64,000 nt of DNA from Pedobacter sp. (GTDB lineage Bacteria; Desulfobacterota; Desulfuromonadia; Desulfuromonadales; Syntrophotaleaceae): the NCBI GenBank assembly GCA_050253415.1, contig JBFWJC010000002.1, positions 416,001 through 480,000 on the forward strand. Reading direction: 5' to 3'. The translations under genes were made by a program, and so were the position numbers. The notes under the pieces were generated by a model that was not told where the DNA came from, made no database searches, and was given only the letters and a program-made list of their open reading frames with translations. Below, piece after piece: positions 10,964-22,395 of this stretch. Each line of letters opens with the position of its first letter. Position 1 is the first letter of the stretch.

Positions 10964-11818
10964 TTGGCACAAACCTGGACGGTGCTAAAAATCCTGCAGT
11001 GGACAGCGGACTATTTCCATGAAAAGGGCATCGAAAGCCCTCGGCGTGATGCCGAATTGCTCCTCGGGGCCAGCCTTGGACTGGACCGGGTCGGGCTCTA
11101 TCTGCATTTTGACCGCCCTCTGGAAGAGTCCGAGCTCAGTGCCTATCGCGCACTGGTTGTGAGACGGTCCAAACGCGAACCGCTGCAATACATTCTGGGC
11201 GAGACGGAGTTCTGGTCTTTGCCCTTCTGCGTATCGCCGGCAGTGCTGATCCCGCGCTCGGATACGGAAGTGCTGGTGGAAGAGGCGTTGCGGTTGGCTG
11301 GCGGACACCGGATTCTCGATGTAGGCACCGGCAGCGGCGCTATCGCTGTGGCCCTCGCTCATGAACTTGCCGATGCGCAGGTGGTGGCTCTGGATATATC
11401 TCCGGAAGCGCTGGCGGTGGCAGACAGCAATGCCCGGCGCAACGGTGTCGAGGGCCGAATCGCGTTCCTTCAGGGGGACTTGGCCCATCTGCCCGAGGGG
11501 CCTTTTGACCTGATTGTGTCCAATCCGCCTTATATTCCGGCTGCTGATGTGGAAGGTCTGATGCCGGAGGTCCGCGATTTTGAGCCACGACAAGCCCTTG
11601 TCGGCGGTCTCGATGGACTCAACCCTTACCGGGCGCTGGCGGCACAGGCCAGTTTTTGCCTGGCTCCGGGTGGCTGGTTGTTGGTAGAGGTTGGCATTGA
11701 CCAGGCGTCGGATGTGCAACAATTGTTTGCCGAAGCCGGGTTGAAGGATGTGTTTTGCCGCGATGATTATGGCGGCGTGCCGCGGGTCATCGGAGCACGA
11801 TCCGAGGTTGCTGGCTGA
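10964..11818 (+). CDS. prmC: Release factor glutamine methyltransferase
   Basis: EPLQYILG, VLIPR.DTE, LDVGTGSG, SNPPY; follows prfA. Confidence 0.97.
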   Translation: MAQTWTVLKILQWTADYFHEKGIESPRRDAELLLGASLGLDRVGLYLHFDRPLEESELSAYRALVVRRSKREPLQYILGETEFWSLPFCVSPAVLIPRSDTEVLVEEALRLAGGHRILDVGTGSGAIAVALAHELADAQVVALDISPEALAVADSNARRNGVEGRIAFLQGDLAHLPEGPFDLIVSNPPYIPAADVEGLMPEVRDFEPRQALVGGLDGLNPYRALAAQASFCLAPGGWLLVEVGIDQASDVQQLFAEAGLKDVFCRDDYGGVPRVIGARSEVAG

Positions 11819-11940
11819 GCTGGGTTATGAACCGAGCTGGAGCGCGTTCCTGCTGAATGTCCAGCGCAGGTCGGTTGGTGTTACGGGATAGCGATTTCGT
11901 TGAAAAATTACCCTTTCCTATAAATCTAGGTGGTAGCAGT

Positions 11941-13194
11941 TTGGAAAAGATTGTCATTCATGGCGGCAAACGGCTCAAGGGCGAGGTTAAGATCAGCGGT
12001 GCCAAAAACTCGGCCTTACCACTGCTGTTTGCAACCTTACTGGCCCCCGGGCAGCATTACCTGGAAAACGTCCCGGCGCTACGCGATATTACAACCGCTG
12101 AAAAACTTCTGACCATTCTGGGCGCCGATGTCACGCGCCAGGATGATACTTTTGCTGTCGATGCCAGCCGCATACAGAGTGTCGAGGCTCCCTACGACCT
12201 GGTACGCACCATGCGTGCCTCGGTGCTGGTACTGGGGCCTCTGCTGGCGCGTCTCGGCCATGCCCGGGTCAGTTTGCCCGGTGGTTGCGCTATCGGTGCC
12301 CGGCCCATCAATCTGCATCTCAAGGGCCTGGAAGCCATGGGGGCCAGCATAGATCTCGACCACGGGTATGTAGAGGCCAGGGCCAAGCGACTGCACGGTG
12401 CCAATATCTATCTGGATGTTCCCACTGTCGGCGGAACAGAAAATCTGTTGATGGCGGCATCGCTGGCACGCGGTACTACCGTGCTTGAAAATGCTGCTTG
12501 CGAGCCGGAAATCGTCGACCTTGCGGCGGCCTTGACCTGCATGGGGGCCCGCATTGAAGGTGCCGGGAGTGATCGTATCATTATCGAAGGGGTCGACGAG
12601 CTGCAGCCTCTGCGTTATGCGGTGATGCCGGATCGTATCGAAGCCGGTACTTTCATGGTGGCGGCCGCCATGACCCGTGGCGATGTCCGCTTGCTCGGTG
12701 CCCGCCAGGCCGATCTCGAGGCCTTGATCAGTAAATTGCAGGAAGCAGGCGTTCAAATCAGCGTCGAGGACCATGCTTTGCGTGTTCAGGGGCCACGGCG
12801 CATCGCCCCGGTTAACATCAAAACCCAGCCCCATCCCGGTTTTCCAACCGATATGCAGGCCCAGTTCATGGCTTTGATGAGCATTGCCGATGGTACCAGC
12901 GTGATAACGGAGAGCGTGTTTGAAAACCGTTTCATGCATGTGTGCGAATTGCAACGTCTTGGTGCCGATATCACCATTGAAGGCAAGTCGGCCACGGTGC
13001 GGGGTATCAAAGAGTTCCTGGGTGCTCCGGTCATGGCCACGGATCTGCGCGCCAGCGCCTGTCTGGTGCTGGCCGGTTTGGCAGCTGAGAATACCACAGA
13101 GATATCGCGTATTTACCATCTCGATAGGGGTTACGAGCGTATCGAGGAAAAGTTCCGTATGCTTGGTGCGCGTATTGAACGGGTCGAGGCCTGA
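11941..13194 (+). CDS. murA: UDP-N-acetylglucosamine 1-carboxyvinyltransferase
   Basis: [42 protein letters not shown] start inferred. Confidence 0.98.
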   Translation: MEKIVIHGGKRLKGEVKISGAKNSALPLLFATLLAPGQHYLENVPALRDITTAEKLLTILGADVTRQDDTFAVDASRIQSVEAPYDLVRTMRASVLVLGPLLARLGHARVSLPGGCAIGARPINLHLKGLEAMGASIDLDHGYVEARAKRLHGANIYLDVPTVGGTENLLMAASLARGTTVLENAACEPEIVDLAAALTCMGARIEGAGSDRIIIEGVDELQPLRYAVMPDRIEAGTFMVAAAMTRGDVRLLGARQADLEALISKLQEAGVQISVEDHALRVQGPRRIAPVNIKTQPHPGFPTDMQAQFMALMSIADGTSVITESVFENRFMHVCELQRLGADITIEGKSATVRGIKEFLGAPVMATDLRASACLVLAGLAAENTTEISRIYHLDRGYERIEEKFRMLGARIERVEA

Positions 13195-13292
13195 TTTGTT
13201 CTTGGTCCCTGGTCATTGGTCATTCGTAAACGGCCAAGCCTACACGCCGAAAAACCGATGGCAAATGACAATTGACAAATGACAAAGGACTA
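13195..13292. repeat. Two opposed arrays of degenerate heptamers forming an imperfect hairpin
   Basis: Left arm GGTCCCT GGTCATT GGTCATT; right arm GCAAATG ACAATTG ACAAATG ACAAAGG, approximately the reverse complement. Confidence 0.7.
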
Positions 13293-13298
13293 CAATTT

Positions 13299-13958
13299 AT
13301 GAGCGACTACATAACATTTGCCCTGCCCAAGGGCCGTATCATGCAGGACTCCATGGAGTTGTTTGCCAGAATTGGCATTACCTGCCCGGAGATGAGCGGC
13401 GACAGCCGCAAGCTGGTATTCGAAAACCCTGAAACCAAATTCCGTTTCATGGCGGTGCGGGCCACTGACGTGCCGACTTACGTCGAATACGGTTGTGCAG
13501 ACCTTGGGGTGGTAGGCAAGGATACCTTGCTGGAGCAGGGCAAGGACCTTTATGAACCGCTTGATCTGAAATTCGGTTATTGCCGCATGGTCGTGGCCGA
13601 GCCCGGCGCATTGCTGCGTGATGAGGATCCGGCGAGCTGGTCCAATATCCGCGTGGCTACCAAATATCCTAATATTACCGAACGCTATTTTGCCGAGCGC
13701 GGCGTCCAGGTCGAGCTGATAAAGCTTTACGGTTCCATAGAGTTGGCCCCCCTGGTCGGTTTGGCCGAGCGTATTGTCGATCTGGTATCGACCGGCGCCA
13801 CCATGCGTGAAAACGGTCTGGTGGAAGTTGAAACCATCTCCGAAATCACCAGTCGTCTGATTGTCAATCGTGCCAGTCTCAAGACCAAGCATCAGCGCAT
13901 TACCCGTATTATTCAGGACCTGGAACGGGTATTGGCCGAGGATGCTGCAAAAGACTGA
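13299..13958 (+). CDS. hisG: ATP phosphoribosyltransferase, short form
   Basis: ALPKGR, DVPTYVEYG.ADLG, RVATKYP, GSIELAP, IVDLVSTG; lacks the C-terminal regulatory domain. Confidence 0.97.
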   Translation: MSDYITFALPKGRIMQDSMELFARIGITCPEMSGDSRKLVFENPETKFRFMAVRATDVPTYVEYGCADLGVVGKDTLLEQGKDLYEPLDLKFGYCRMVVAEPGALLRDEDPASWSNIRVATKYPNITERYFAERGVQVELIKLYGSIELAPLVGLAERIVDLVSTGATMRENGLVEVETISEITSRLIVNRASLKTKHQRITRIIQDLERVLAEDAAKD

Positions 13959-13969
13959 GGAGTAAGACG

Positions 13970-15265
13970 ATGATGCGATTGCTGTCCTTTGACGATCCCT
14001 GCTTCGAAGAGGCCCTTGGCGCTATCGTTATGCGTGGAGAAACACCTCCCGAAGGTGTTGAAGAAACGGTTGAAGCGATCCTTCAGGCGGTGCGCCTGCG
14101 GGGTGACCAGGCCTTGCTTGAATACACGGCTCAGTTCGATAATTTGACCCTGACAGCCGCACAGCTGCAGGTAACGCCGACCGAGATCGAAGCGGCGCTG
14201 GCGGCTGTCGATGCGGAATCGATGGCGGCCCTGCAGTTGGCGGCCGATCGCATCGCCGCCTTCCATCGCCGGCAAAAGACTCAGACTTGGCTGACCACCG
14301 ACGAACAGGATGTCATGCTGGGTCAGATGGTGCAGCCTCTGGAACGGGTAGGCATCTATGTCCCAGGCGGCAAGGCCAGTTACCCCTCGTCGGTGTTGAT
14401 GAATGCCATTCCCGCCAAAGTGGCCGGCGTGGAAGAAGTGGTAATGGTGGTGCCCATGCCGCGTGGGGAAGTGAATCCCCATGTGCTTGCGGCGGCTCAT
14501 CTGGCCGGTGTGGATCGCATTTTCAAGATTGGCGGCGCCCAGGCTGTGGCGGCTCTGGCCTACGGTACCGATACCATCCCGCGTGTGGACAAGATCACCG
14601 GTCCGGGCAACATTTATGTTGCCACCGCCAAGAAAATGGTATTTGGCCAGGTCGATATCGACATGATCGCCGGTCCGAGTGAGATTCTGGTGGTCAATGA
14701 CGGCACTGGCAACCCGGACCACATCGCTGTCGACCTGCTGTCCCAGGCCGAGCACGATGAACTGGCCGCTTCCATCTTCGTGACTACCGATGCGGAATTC
14801 GGCCGTCGCGTACAATCGGCAGTGGAAGAGCAACTGGTGACCCTGCAGCGGGCCGCCATTGCACGCCGCTCCATCGACGCGTTCGGTGCCATCCTGGTGG
14901 CCCGGGATCTTGACCAGGCCGTTGCGCTCAGCAACCGCATTGCTCCGGAGCACCTGGAACTGGCGGTAAACGATCCCTTCGCTTTGTTGCCGAAGATCCG
15001 CCATGCCGGCGCCATTTTTATGGGGCATCATTGTCCGGAAGCGGCCGGGGATTACCTGGCCGGGCCCAACCACACCCTGCCCACCGGAGGCACGGCACGT
15101 TTCTTCTCGCCGCTGGGGGTGGACGATTTCGTCAAGAAATCAAGCATCATTTCTTTTTCCCGGGCGGGCCTGGAACGGTTGGGTCCCTCGATCGTGCATC
15201 TGGCTGGATTGGAAGGCCTGGAGGCCCATGGGCGCTCCGTTTCCATCCGCCTGAAAGACAGCTGA
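13970..15265 (+). CDS. hisD: Histidinol dehydrogenase
   Basis: YVPGGKA.YPS, GPGNIYV, IDMIAGPSE, QAEHD, APEHLEL, AGPNHTLPT. Confidence 0.99.
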   Translation: MMRLLSFDDPCFEEALGAIVMRGETPPEGVEETVEAILQAVRLRGDQALLEYTAQFDNLTLTAAQLQVTPTEIEAALAAVDAESMAALQLAADRIAAFHRRQKTQTWLTTDEQDVMLGQMVQPLERVGIYVPGGKASYPSSVLMNAIPAKVAGVEEVVMVVPMPRGEVNPHVLAAAHLAGVDRIFKIGGAQAVAALAYGTDTIPRVDKITGPGNIYVATAKKMVFGQVDIDMIAGPSEILVVNDGTGNPDHIAVDLLSQAEHDELAASIFVTTDAEFGRRVQSAVEEQLVTLQRAAIARRSIDAFGAILVARDLDQAVALSNRIAPEHLELAVNDPFALLPKIRHAGAIFMGHHCPEAAGDYLAGPNHTLPTGGTARFFSPLGVDDFVKKSSIISFSRAGLERLGPSIVHLAGLEGLEAHGRSVSIRLKDS

Positions 15266-15393
15266 TCGTAGCGGTCCGGCTACCTTAGGGCAGCCGATCA
15301 TCTTGCAAACTGGTTCCGGCCTGGAACGGTGGAAAACAGCCTGTCCGGGCGGAAACAATCAATGTCAACCATCTGCTGGTAAAGGGGTTTGCC

Positions 15394-15981
15394 ATGTCCC
15401 GTAGCGCCATCATCGATCGACAGACCCAGGAGACCCAAATCCATCTGAGCTTGACCCTTGACGGTCGTGGCGAAGGCAGTATCGTCACGCAGGTGCCCTT
15501 TATGAGCCACATGCTCACCCTGCTCAGCCGGCACGGGTTTTTCGACCTGACGATCAGGGCCGAGGGCGACATCGAGGTCGACGGCCACCATTCGGTGGAA
15601 GATCTCGGCATCTGCCTGGGTCAGGCTTTTGCCAAAGCGCTTGGCGATAAGCAGGGTATTCGCCGTTACGGTTCCGCGACGGTTCCCATGGACGAGACCC
15701 TGGCGTCGGTACATCTCGATTTTTCCGGCCGGTCGTGCCTGGTCTTCAATATGGATATGCCCAAGGCCAAGGTCGGGACTTTCGATGTGGAACTGGTCGA
15801 AGAATTTTTTACTGCATTTTGCAACCACGCCGCCGCCAATGTGCATGTTAACCTGGCCTACGGCAGCAACCTGCATCACATGATTGAAGGCGTTTTTAAA
15901 GCCTTCGCTCGGGCATTGGATGAGGCAACCGGCCTCGATCCTCGCATCGAAGGGGTGCTGTCCACCAAAGGAAAGCTGTAA
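15394..15981 (+). CDS. hisB: Imidazoleglycerol-phosphate dehydratase
   Basis: HHSVED, PMDE, NLHHMIE, STKG.L. Confidence 0.98.
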   Translation: MSRSAIIDRQTQETQIHLSLTLDGRGEGSIVTQVPFMSHMLTLLSRHGFFDLTIRAEGDIEVDGHHSVEDLGICLGQAFAKALGDKQGIRRYGSATVPMDETLASVHLDFSGRSCLVFNMDMPKAKVGTFDVELVEEFFTAFCNHAAANVHVNLAYGSNLHHMIEGVFKAFARALDEATGLDPRIEGVLSTKGKL

Positions 15982-15984
15982 CAG

Positions 15985-16608
15985 ATGATCGTTATTGTTG
16001 ATTACGGGATGGGCAATCTGCGCAGCGTGCAGAAAGGCTTTGAAAAAGTCGGTTTCGATGCCCGGGTGACCGATGATCCGGCCGTCGTGGCACAGGCCGA
16101 TAAGCTGGTATTGCCCGGTGTCGGGGCGTTTCGCGACTGCATGGAGCAACTTGAGCAAGGTGGTTTCGTCGAGCCGATTCTGCGGCATGTCGAGGCCGGC
16201 CGGCCGTTTCTTGGTATCTGCCTCGGCTTGCAATTGCTGTTCACCGAAAGCGAAGAATTTGGACATCACAAGGGGCTGAATATTATCCCCGGGCGGGTGG
16301 TTCGTTTCCAGGGTGATATGCATTGCCAAGGTGAGTTGCTCAAGGTCCCGCATATGGGCTGGAACCAGATTGATATCCGCAAGCCGGCACCTATTTTCCA
16401 GGGATTGGAAGGCGGCGAGTCGGTTTATTTCGTGCATTCCTATTATGTTGTGCCCGAGGATGAATCGGTGGTGGCTGCCACGGCCGATTACGGTCGGCCC
16501 TTCTGTGCTGCCGTATGGCGGGACAATGTCATGGCGACCCAGTTTCACCCTGAGAAGAGCCAGCGGGTGGGCTTGCGTATCCTCAAGAATTTCGGAGAGT
16601 TAAAATGA
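15985..16608 (+). CDS. hisH: Imidazole glycerol phosphate synthase glutaminase subunit
   Basis: DYGMGNL, GICLG, YFVHSY, QFHPEKS. Confidence 0.98.
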   Translation: MIVIVDYGMGNLRSVQKGFEKVGFDARVTDDPAVVAQADKLVLPGVGAFRDCMEQLEQGGFVEPILRHVEAGRPFLGICLGLQLLFTESEEFGHHKGLNIIPGRVVRFQGDMHCQGELLKVPHMGWNQIDIRKPAPIFQGLEGGESVYFVHSYYVVPEDESVVAATADYGRPFCAAVWRDNVMATQFHPEKSQRVGLRILKNFGELK

Positions 16609-17336
16609 TTGTTATCCCCGCCATCGATTTGAAGGAAGGCCGCTGTGTTCGTCTTGAACAGGGCCTGATGGAAAAGGACACGGTTTACAACGACGACCCC
16701 GGCGCCCAGGCCCGCAGCTGGCAGGAACAGGGCGGAGAATTGTTGCATATCGTTGATCTCGACGGTGCGTTTGCTGGCGTGCCGCGCAATCGTGAGGCCA
16801 TTCGCGCCATAGTTGAGGCCGTTTCCATTCCTACCGAGCTGGGCGGCGGCATCCGCGATCTGCCGACCATCGAGGCGTATCTGGAGCTTGGTATCGACCG
16901 GGTGATTCTTGGTACGGTGGCCAAGGAAAACCCGCAACTGGTGCGTGAAGCCTGCCAGCGGTTTCCCGGTCATATCGTAGTCGGCATCGACGCCCGCGAT
17001 GGGCTGGTGGCGGTACGCGGCTGGGCCGATGTGACGGAAAAACTGGCCACCGAACTGGCCAAGGAAATGGAAGGCTTCGGCGTCGAGGCGATCATCTATA
17101 CCGACATCGCGCGCGACGGCATGATGGGTGGCCCGAATCTCGAAGCCACCCGCGCGCTGGCCGAGGCGATCACGGTCCCGGTTATCGCATCCGGCGGCGT
17201 TTCCTGTCTGGACGATATCGCCAGCCTCATGACCATCGAAAAGTACGGCGTGACCGGCGTGATTACAGGTAAGGCGCTGTATACCGGCAGCCTCGATCTG
17301 CGTACGGCCGTGGCGCTGACCAAAGGCAAAGCCTGA
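16605..17336 (+). CDS. hisA: ProFAR isomerase
   Basis: [27 protein letters not shown]. Confidence 0.98.
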   Translation: MIVIPAIDLKEGRCVRLEQGLMEKDTVYNDDPGAQARSWQEQGGELLHIVDLDGAFAGVPRNREAIRAIVEAVSIPTELGGGIRDLPTIEAYLELGIDRVILGTVAKENPQLVREACQRFPGHIVVGIDARDGLVAVRGWADVTEKLATELAKEMEGFGVEAIIYTDIARDGMMGGPNLEATRALAEAITVPVIASGGVSCLDDIASLMTIEKYGVTGVITGKALYTGSLDLRTAVALTKGKA

Positions 17337-17498
17337 TAGCGCGGAGCAAACTTACTTGTTTCATCAGGAAGTGTTCCGCGACTTCTGCGGTCTGCGCAGT
17401 GAAAACCCCGGTTCCATTGTTTTTGGTTGTGTTCGAATTAATTAACCCGCAGGCCTTGTAATCGGGTCGCGGCGTTCTTATCTTGTGAAGGACGAGCC

Positions 17499-18266
17499 AT
17501 GCTGACGAAACGTATTATCCCCTGTCTGGATGTCAAAGACGGCCGGGTGGTCAAAGGGGTTCAGTTCCTGGAGTTGCGCGATGCCGGTGATCCGGTGGAG
17601 GCCGCCGAGGCTTACGATGCCCAGGGCGCCGATGAACTGACATTTCTGGATATCACCGCCTCCAGCGACAAACGCAATATCATCCTTGATGTCGTAGCGC
17701 GCACCGCAGAGCGGGTATTCATGCCCCTCACCGTCGGCGGCGGCATCCGCAAGATCGATGATATCCGCAACCTGCTCAATGCGGGAGCCGACAAGGTATC
17801 CATCAATACCGAGGCGGTGAATAACCCTGAATTCGTGAAGGAAGCGGCCGAACGTTTCGGTTCCCAGTGCATCGTGGTCGCGATCGATGCGCGCCGGGTG
17901 CCCGATTCCGATCCGCAGCGATGGGAAGTGTATATCCACGGAGGTCGCACCCCGACCGGCATAGACGCCATGGAATGGGCGGTGCGCATGGAAGCCTATG
18001 GCGCCGGTGAAATCCTGTTGACCTCCATGGACAAAGACGGCACCAAGGATGGCTACGACATCCCCTTGACCCGTACCATCAGCGACCTGGTCGGCATTCC
18101 GGTGATCGCTTCCGGTGGCGTCGGAAACCTGGAGCACATTTATCAGGGCTTGACCGAGGGGGGGGCCAGTGCTGCCCTGGCTGCCAGCATCTTTCACTTC
18201 CGCGAGTATACGATTCAGGAGTGCAAGGAATATTTGCAGCAGCGCGGCGTGCCGGCGCGTCTGTAA
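17499..18266 (+). CDS. hisF: Imidazole glycerol phosphate synthase cyclase subunit
   Basis: [39 protein letters not shown]. Confidence 0.99.
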   Translation: MLTKRIIPCLDVKDGRVVKGVQFLELRDAGDPVEAAEAYDAQGADELTFLDITASSDKRNIILDVVARTAERVFMPLTVGGGIRKIDDIRNLLNAGADKVSINTEAVNNPEFVKEAAERFGSQCIVVAIDARRVPDSDPQRWEVYIHGGRTPTGIDAMEWAVRMEAYGAGEILLTSMDKDGTKDGYDIPLTRTISDLVGIPVIASGGVGNLEHIYQGLTEGGASAALAASIFHFREYTIQECKEYLQQRGVPARL

Positions 18267-18295
18267 CCGGACCGGCCAGGCAGGAGACACAGACC

Positions 18296-18937
18296 ATGAC
18301 CGAATTAACCAGCTTGACATACGACGCTGCCGGATTGATTCCCGCGGTGGTGCGCTGCGCCCGTAGCGGCGAGGTGCTGATGCTCTCGCAACTGAACGCC
18401 GAAGCCGTACAACAGACTCTGGCCAGCGGACTTTTGTATCGTTATTCCCGTTCCAAAGGCACCCTGGTGGCGCCGGATGCCGATGCGCCCCAGCAGGTCA
18501 GGGACATGCGTATGAGCTGTGCCGGGGATTGCCTGCTGGTGTCGGTGGAGCAGGGCGGCTCTGTACGCAACTGTTTCCAGACCGTGCTTTTCCAACAGGA
18601 AGGCGCGACGGCCGCCTGTTCTGACGATATTCTGGAGCAGGTTTACCAGGTGGTGCTGCAGCGGCGCGACAACCCCTCGCAGAAGTCCTACGTGGCTTCT
18701 TTGTTTGCCAAAGGGCTGGATAAAATCCTCGGCAAGATTGGCGAGGAAGCTACTGAGACCGCCGTCGCCGGCAAAGGCGGCAATAAGGATGACGTGGTTT
18801 ACGAAACCGCCGATCTGTTTTTCCATGTGCTGGTGCTGCTCGGCTATTACGATATCCCGCCGGAGCGCATTTACCAGGAATTACGCCGCCGGTTCGGATT
18901 GTCCGGCATCGAAGAAAAAGCCAGTCGCAAGGCGTGA
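18296..18937 (+). CDS. hisE: HisI-like (degenerate) plus HisE phosphoribosyl-ATP pyrophosphatase fusion
   Basis: C-terminal SYVASLF.KG..KI..KIGEEA.E...YETADLFFH is intact HisE. The N-terminal part has HisI-like GLIPAVV and YSRS but lacks KGExSG and CHTG. Confidence 0.88.
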   Translation: MTELTSLTYDAAGLIPAVVRCARSGEVLMLSQLNAEAVQQTLASGLLYRYSRSKGTLVAPDADAPQQVRDMRMSCAGDCLLVSVEQGGSVRNCFQTVLFQQEGATAACSDDILEQVYQVVLQRRDNPSQKSYVASLFAKGLDKILGKIGEEATETAVAGKGGNKDDVVYETADLFFHVLVLLGYYDIPPERIYQELRRRFGLSGIEEKASRKA

Positions 18938-19041
18938 TGGCCGGAGAGTGCCAGAGTCAGAATGTTTTCAACCTGTGGCACCCTGCAACCCATGTTTTGT
19001 GTTTTTGTTAAACAACCGAAATTCCCCGAGGTGGATATACC

Positions 19042-19488
19042 ATGAGTCTTAAACAGCAGTTGACCGATGCCATGAAAGCCGCCATGAAAGCCAAGGATAA
19101 TCTGCGCCTGACCACCGTGCGCAGTGTGCTTGCAGCCATCAAGAATCGTGAGATCGATCAGCGTAGCGAACTTGGCGACGAGGATATCATTGGTGTCTTG
19201 TCGTCTCTGGTCAAACAGCGCAAAGAATCGGTGCAGCTTTACCGTGACGGGGATCGCGTTGAACTGGCCGAAAAAGAAGAGGCGGAACTGGCTATCCTGC
19301 AGGAGTTTTTGCCATCACCTTTGACGCAGGAGGAGATAGCGGCACTTATCGAGCAGGCCGTTACGGAAACCGGTGCCTCCGAGCCTAAGGACATGGGCAA
19401 GGTCATGAAAATCGTTTCTGCCCAGGCGCGCGGTCGGGCCGACGGCAAACAGGTCAGTGACATGGTCAAGGCGCGTCTGAGCCGCTGA
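19042..19488 (+). CDS. GatB/YqeY domain protein
   Basis: MKAAMKAKD, KQRKES...Y...R.ELAEKE, KDMGKVM, GRADGK. Confidence 0.95.
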   Translation: MSLKQQLTDAMKAAMKAKDNLRLTTVRSVLAAIKNREIDQRSELGDEDIIGVLSSLVKQRKESVQLYRDGDRVELAEKEEAELAILQEFLPSPLTQEEIAALIEQAVTETGASEPKDMGKVMKIVSAQARGRADGKQVSDMVKARLSR

Positions 19489-19505
19489 CCTTAACGAGGA
19501 ACTCT

Positions 19506-20003
19506 ATGAATGTTGTGGATATCGCTATCCTGGTAGTACTGGCTTTGTTTCTGATCAAAGGACTGGTGCGCGGACTGCTCAAGGAACTCTGTTCCCTGTT
19601 CGGGCTGTTCGGTGGGTTGGCGATAGCTCTGCGATTTCATCCATTCCTGGCGGAGGGAATGCTCAAAACCTTCTCTTTGCCGCCGCAGCTTTGCGTGGTG
19701 ATTGCCTTTGCTGCCCTGTTTCTGCTGACAGTTCTGGTCTTTGCCTTGATCGGGTTTGTTCTGTCGCGTTTCGTCAAACTGTTGTTTCTTGGCGGGTTTA
19801 ATCGGGTCGCGGGAGGGTTGTTCGGACTCATGCAGGGTGGCGTATTGCTGGTCCTGGTGTTGTTCGGTTTAAGTCGCAGCCCGATGCCGGATTCGGCACA
19901 AGATTTTTTGCGTCAATCGCGCCTGTCACCGCCCTTGGTGGATATGGGGGAAACTCTGTTCCAGCATGGTAAGGATCTCGGCACGGTTGGTCGCAGTAGC
20001 TGA
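19506..20003 (+). CDS. cvpA: CvpA family membrane protein
   Basis: MNVVDIAIL...GLVRGLLKE; NRVAGGLFG. Confidence 0.88.
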   Translation: MNVVDIAILVVLALFLIKGLVRGLLKELCSLFGLFGGLAIALRFHPFLAEGMLKTFSLPPQLCVVIAFAALFLLTVLVFALIGFVLSRFVKLLFLGGFNRVAGGLFGLMQGGVLLVLVLFGLSRSPMPDSAQDFLRQSRLSPPLVDMGETLFQHGKDLGTVGRSS

Positions 20004-20028
20004 TCGAATTTGCAGGATTACGGAGTAC

Positions 20029-22395
20029 ATGAGCGAAGAGACCCCCAGGGTTCTTGAGTACGATAAAATTGTCCGGTTGCTGGCTGGAAACACCGTCACT
20101 GAGCCGGGCCACGAACAAGCGCTGGCTCTGCAGCCGCTGAGCGATCCGCGCCAGGTGGCAGAGTCTCTGGCTGAAGTAGCCGAAATGAGCGCCTTGTTCG
20201 TAAGTCAGGGACGACCTCCGCTGGGTGGTTGCCGCGATCTGCGCCCCGCGTTACGGCGCTTGCATGCAGATGGCAGCTGGTTGCCGGCCGAGGATCTATT
20301 GGCCGTGCTTTCCAGCCTGGAGGCAGCCACCGCCTGTCGCAGCTATTTTGCCGCGCAGCAGAGTGCTCCGTTGCTCGGCGAGCTGGCAACCGGTCTAGCC
20401 GGTTGCAACAGCCTGCAGCGCGAAATCCGCGCCAGTATCGGCAGCCATGGCGAAGTTTTGGATAGCGCTTCGTTTGAACTGGGCGACCTGCGTCAGTCTG
20501 CGCGTCACCTGCGGGGGCGCATTCGCAGGAAACTGGAGGATATGCTGCATGCCGAGGCGTTCAGCGGCGTCTTTCAGGATACCATCGTTACCGAACGTAA
20601 CGGCCGTTACGTGGTACCGGTGCGAGCCGATCACCGCGGGCGCATCAAGGGGCTGATCCACGACGAATCATCCAGCGGGCAGACCCTGTTCATGGAACCG
20701 AACTCGGTGCTGGAGTCGAACAACGAACTGCAGGCGCTGCGACGAGCCGAACAACGCGAAGAAGAACGCATTTTGCGGCGGCTGTCGGGGCTGGTTCGGG
20801 AACAACGCGCTGTTCTTCAGCAAAACCAGACGCTGCTGTCGCGCATTGATGTACGGGCCGCGGCGGCCCGTTTCGGGCAGGCATGCGGCGCTGTGGCTCC
20901 GCATCTGGTGGACACCCCGCTGATCGATTTGCGGGCGGCGCGTCATCCGCTGTTGATGTTTGAAGCCGACGGCAGCGTCGATACGGACAGGGCGGTAGCC
21001 GTCGATCTGAAACTGGGGCAGGACCGACAGATCCTGGTGATCAGCGGACCTAATACCGGTGGCAAGAGCGTTGCGCTCAAGACCATCGGCCTGTTGGTGC
21101 TCATGGTTCGTTCGGGATTGCCGATCCCCTGTCATCCCGACAGCAGGATATTCCTGTTTCCGTCGGTGCAGGCCGATATCGGCGATGAACAGAGTATTGA
21201 ACACCATCTTTCGACGTTTTCCGGCCATCTGACCCGGTTGCGGCGGATTCTGGAAGAGGCAGGTCCGGAAACCCTGGTGCTGCTTGACGAACTCGGCACC
21301 GGCACCGATCCGGCCGAAGGGGGCGCCCTGGCCATGGCCATGCTCGATCATTTGCGGGCTGCCGGAGTGCGTACCGTCGCCACCACCCATCTGAATCTGA
21401 TCAAAGGCTATGCCGCGACTCAGACCGGGGTGGAAAATGCCGCGGTTGAATTCGATCCTGAGACTTTGCTGCCGACCTACCGGTTGCATTACGGGATTCC
21501 CGGCGCCAGCCAGGCATTTGCCATCGCCCGGCGTCTCGGACTGCCGGACGAGGTTATGGCGCGGGCCGAAAGTTATCTGGGCGACGGCGAAAAAGCCGGC
21601 CTGGAATTGATGGAAAAAATCAATGCTCAGCAGCATGATCTGGAACTGGAATTGTCTGAAGCGCGCAAGCTGCGCGAACGGGCCAGCCAGGAACGGACGC
21701 GGCGTAAAAAACTGCTGGAAGAGTTTGAAGCGCAAAGGCAGGCTTTGCTGGATAAGGCCCGTCGACGCGGCGATCAGTTGGTGCGTGAAGCCGAACGCAA
21801 GATCAAGACGTTGCTCAAGGAGGCACGGGAAACCGGCCAGCAGGTACCCGAGCAGGCCAGACTGGCCGCCGAGGTACGGGAAATCCGCGAGGAATTGCGT
21901 CAGGGACAGGAGCCGGTACAGCCTCAAGGGCGGGCGCCCAAGACGGTTAAGGTCGGCGAATTGCTGCGTATTCCAACCTTGCGCACCGAAGGTGAGGTCG
22001 TGCGGGTGCAGGGCAATGATGTCGAAATGACGGTGCAGGGCAAGAAATTGCGACTCCCTCTGGCTTCTCTGGAGGCCTTTCGGCCAAGACGTTTCGCCGC
22101 CCGGACAACCGGCGGCGCGGTACGCGGAAAAGTGCAGCGTGATAGTTTCTCCCCGCGGTTGATGCTGGTCGGCAAGCGCGTTGATGAAGCTCTGCCGTTG
22201 CTGGAGCGTTTCGTGGACGACGCTCTATTGCAGAATGTGCTCGAACTCGAAATCGTGCATGGTTCCGGTGAGGGTGTTTTGCGCAAGATCGTGAGGGAGT
22301 ATCTGGCCGGACACCGCGAGGTGGCAGGGTTTCATGCCGCCGCTATCGGACAGGGGGGCGACAATGTGACCCTGGTCCAGTTGAGAAGGTCATGA
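20029..22395 (+). CDS. mutS2: Endonuclease MutS2
   Basis: ISGPNTGGKS, DIGDEQSI..LSTFS, DELGTGTDP.EG, C-terminal Smr domain (IVHGSGEGVL). Confidence 0.96.
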   Translation: MSEETPRVLEYDKIVRLLAGNTVTEPGHEQALALQPLSDPRQVAESLAEVAEMSALFVSQGRPPLGGCRDLRPALRRLHADGSWLPAEDLLAVLSSLEAATACRSYFAAQQSAPLLGELATGLAGCNSLQREIRASIGSHGEVLDSASFELGDLRQSARHLRGRIRRKLEDMLHAEAFSGVFQDTIVTERNGRYVVPVRADHRGRIKGLIHDESSSGQTLFMEPNSVLESNNELQALRRAEQREEERILRRLSGLVREQRAVLQQNQTLLSRIDVRAAAARFGQACGAVAPHLVDTPLIDLRAARHPLLMFEADGSVDTDRAVAVDLKLGQDRQILVISGPNTGGKSVALKTIGLLVLMVRSGLPIPCHPDSRIFLFPSVQADIGDEQSIEHHLSTFSGHLTRLRRILEEAGPETLVLLDELGTGTDPAEGGALAMAMLDHLRAAGVRTVATTHLNLIKGYAATQTGVENAAVEFDPETLLPTYRLHYGIPGASQAFAIARRLGLPDEVMARAESYLGDGEKAGLELMEKINAQQHDLELELSEARKLRERASQERTRRKKLLEEFEAQRQALLDKARRRGDQLVREAERKIKTLLKEARETGQQVPEQARLAAEVREIREELRQGQEPVQPQGRAPKTVKVGELLRIPTLRTEGEVVRVQGNDVEMTVQGKKLRLPLASLEAFRPRRFAARTTGGAVRGKVQRDSFSPRLMLVGKRVDEALPLLERFVDDALLQNVLELEIVHGSGEGVLRKIVREYLAGHREVAGFHAAAIGQGGDNVTLVQLRRS

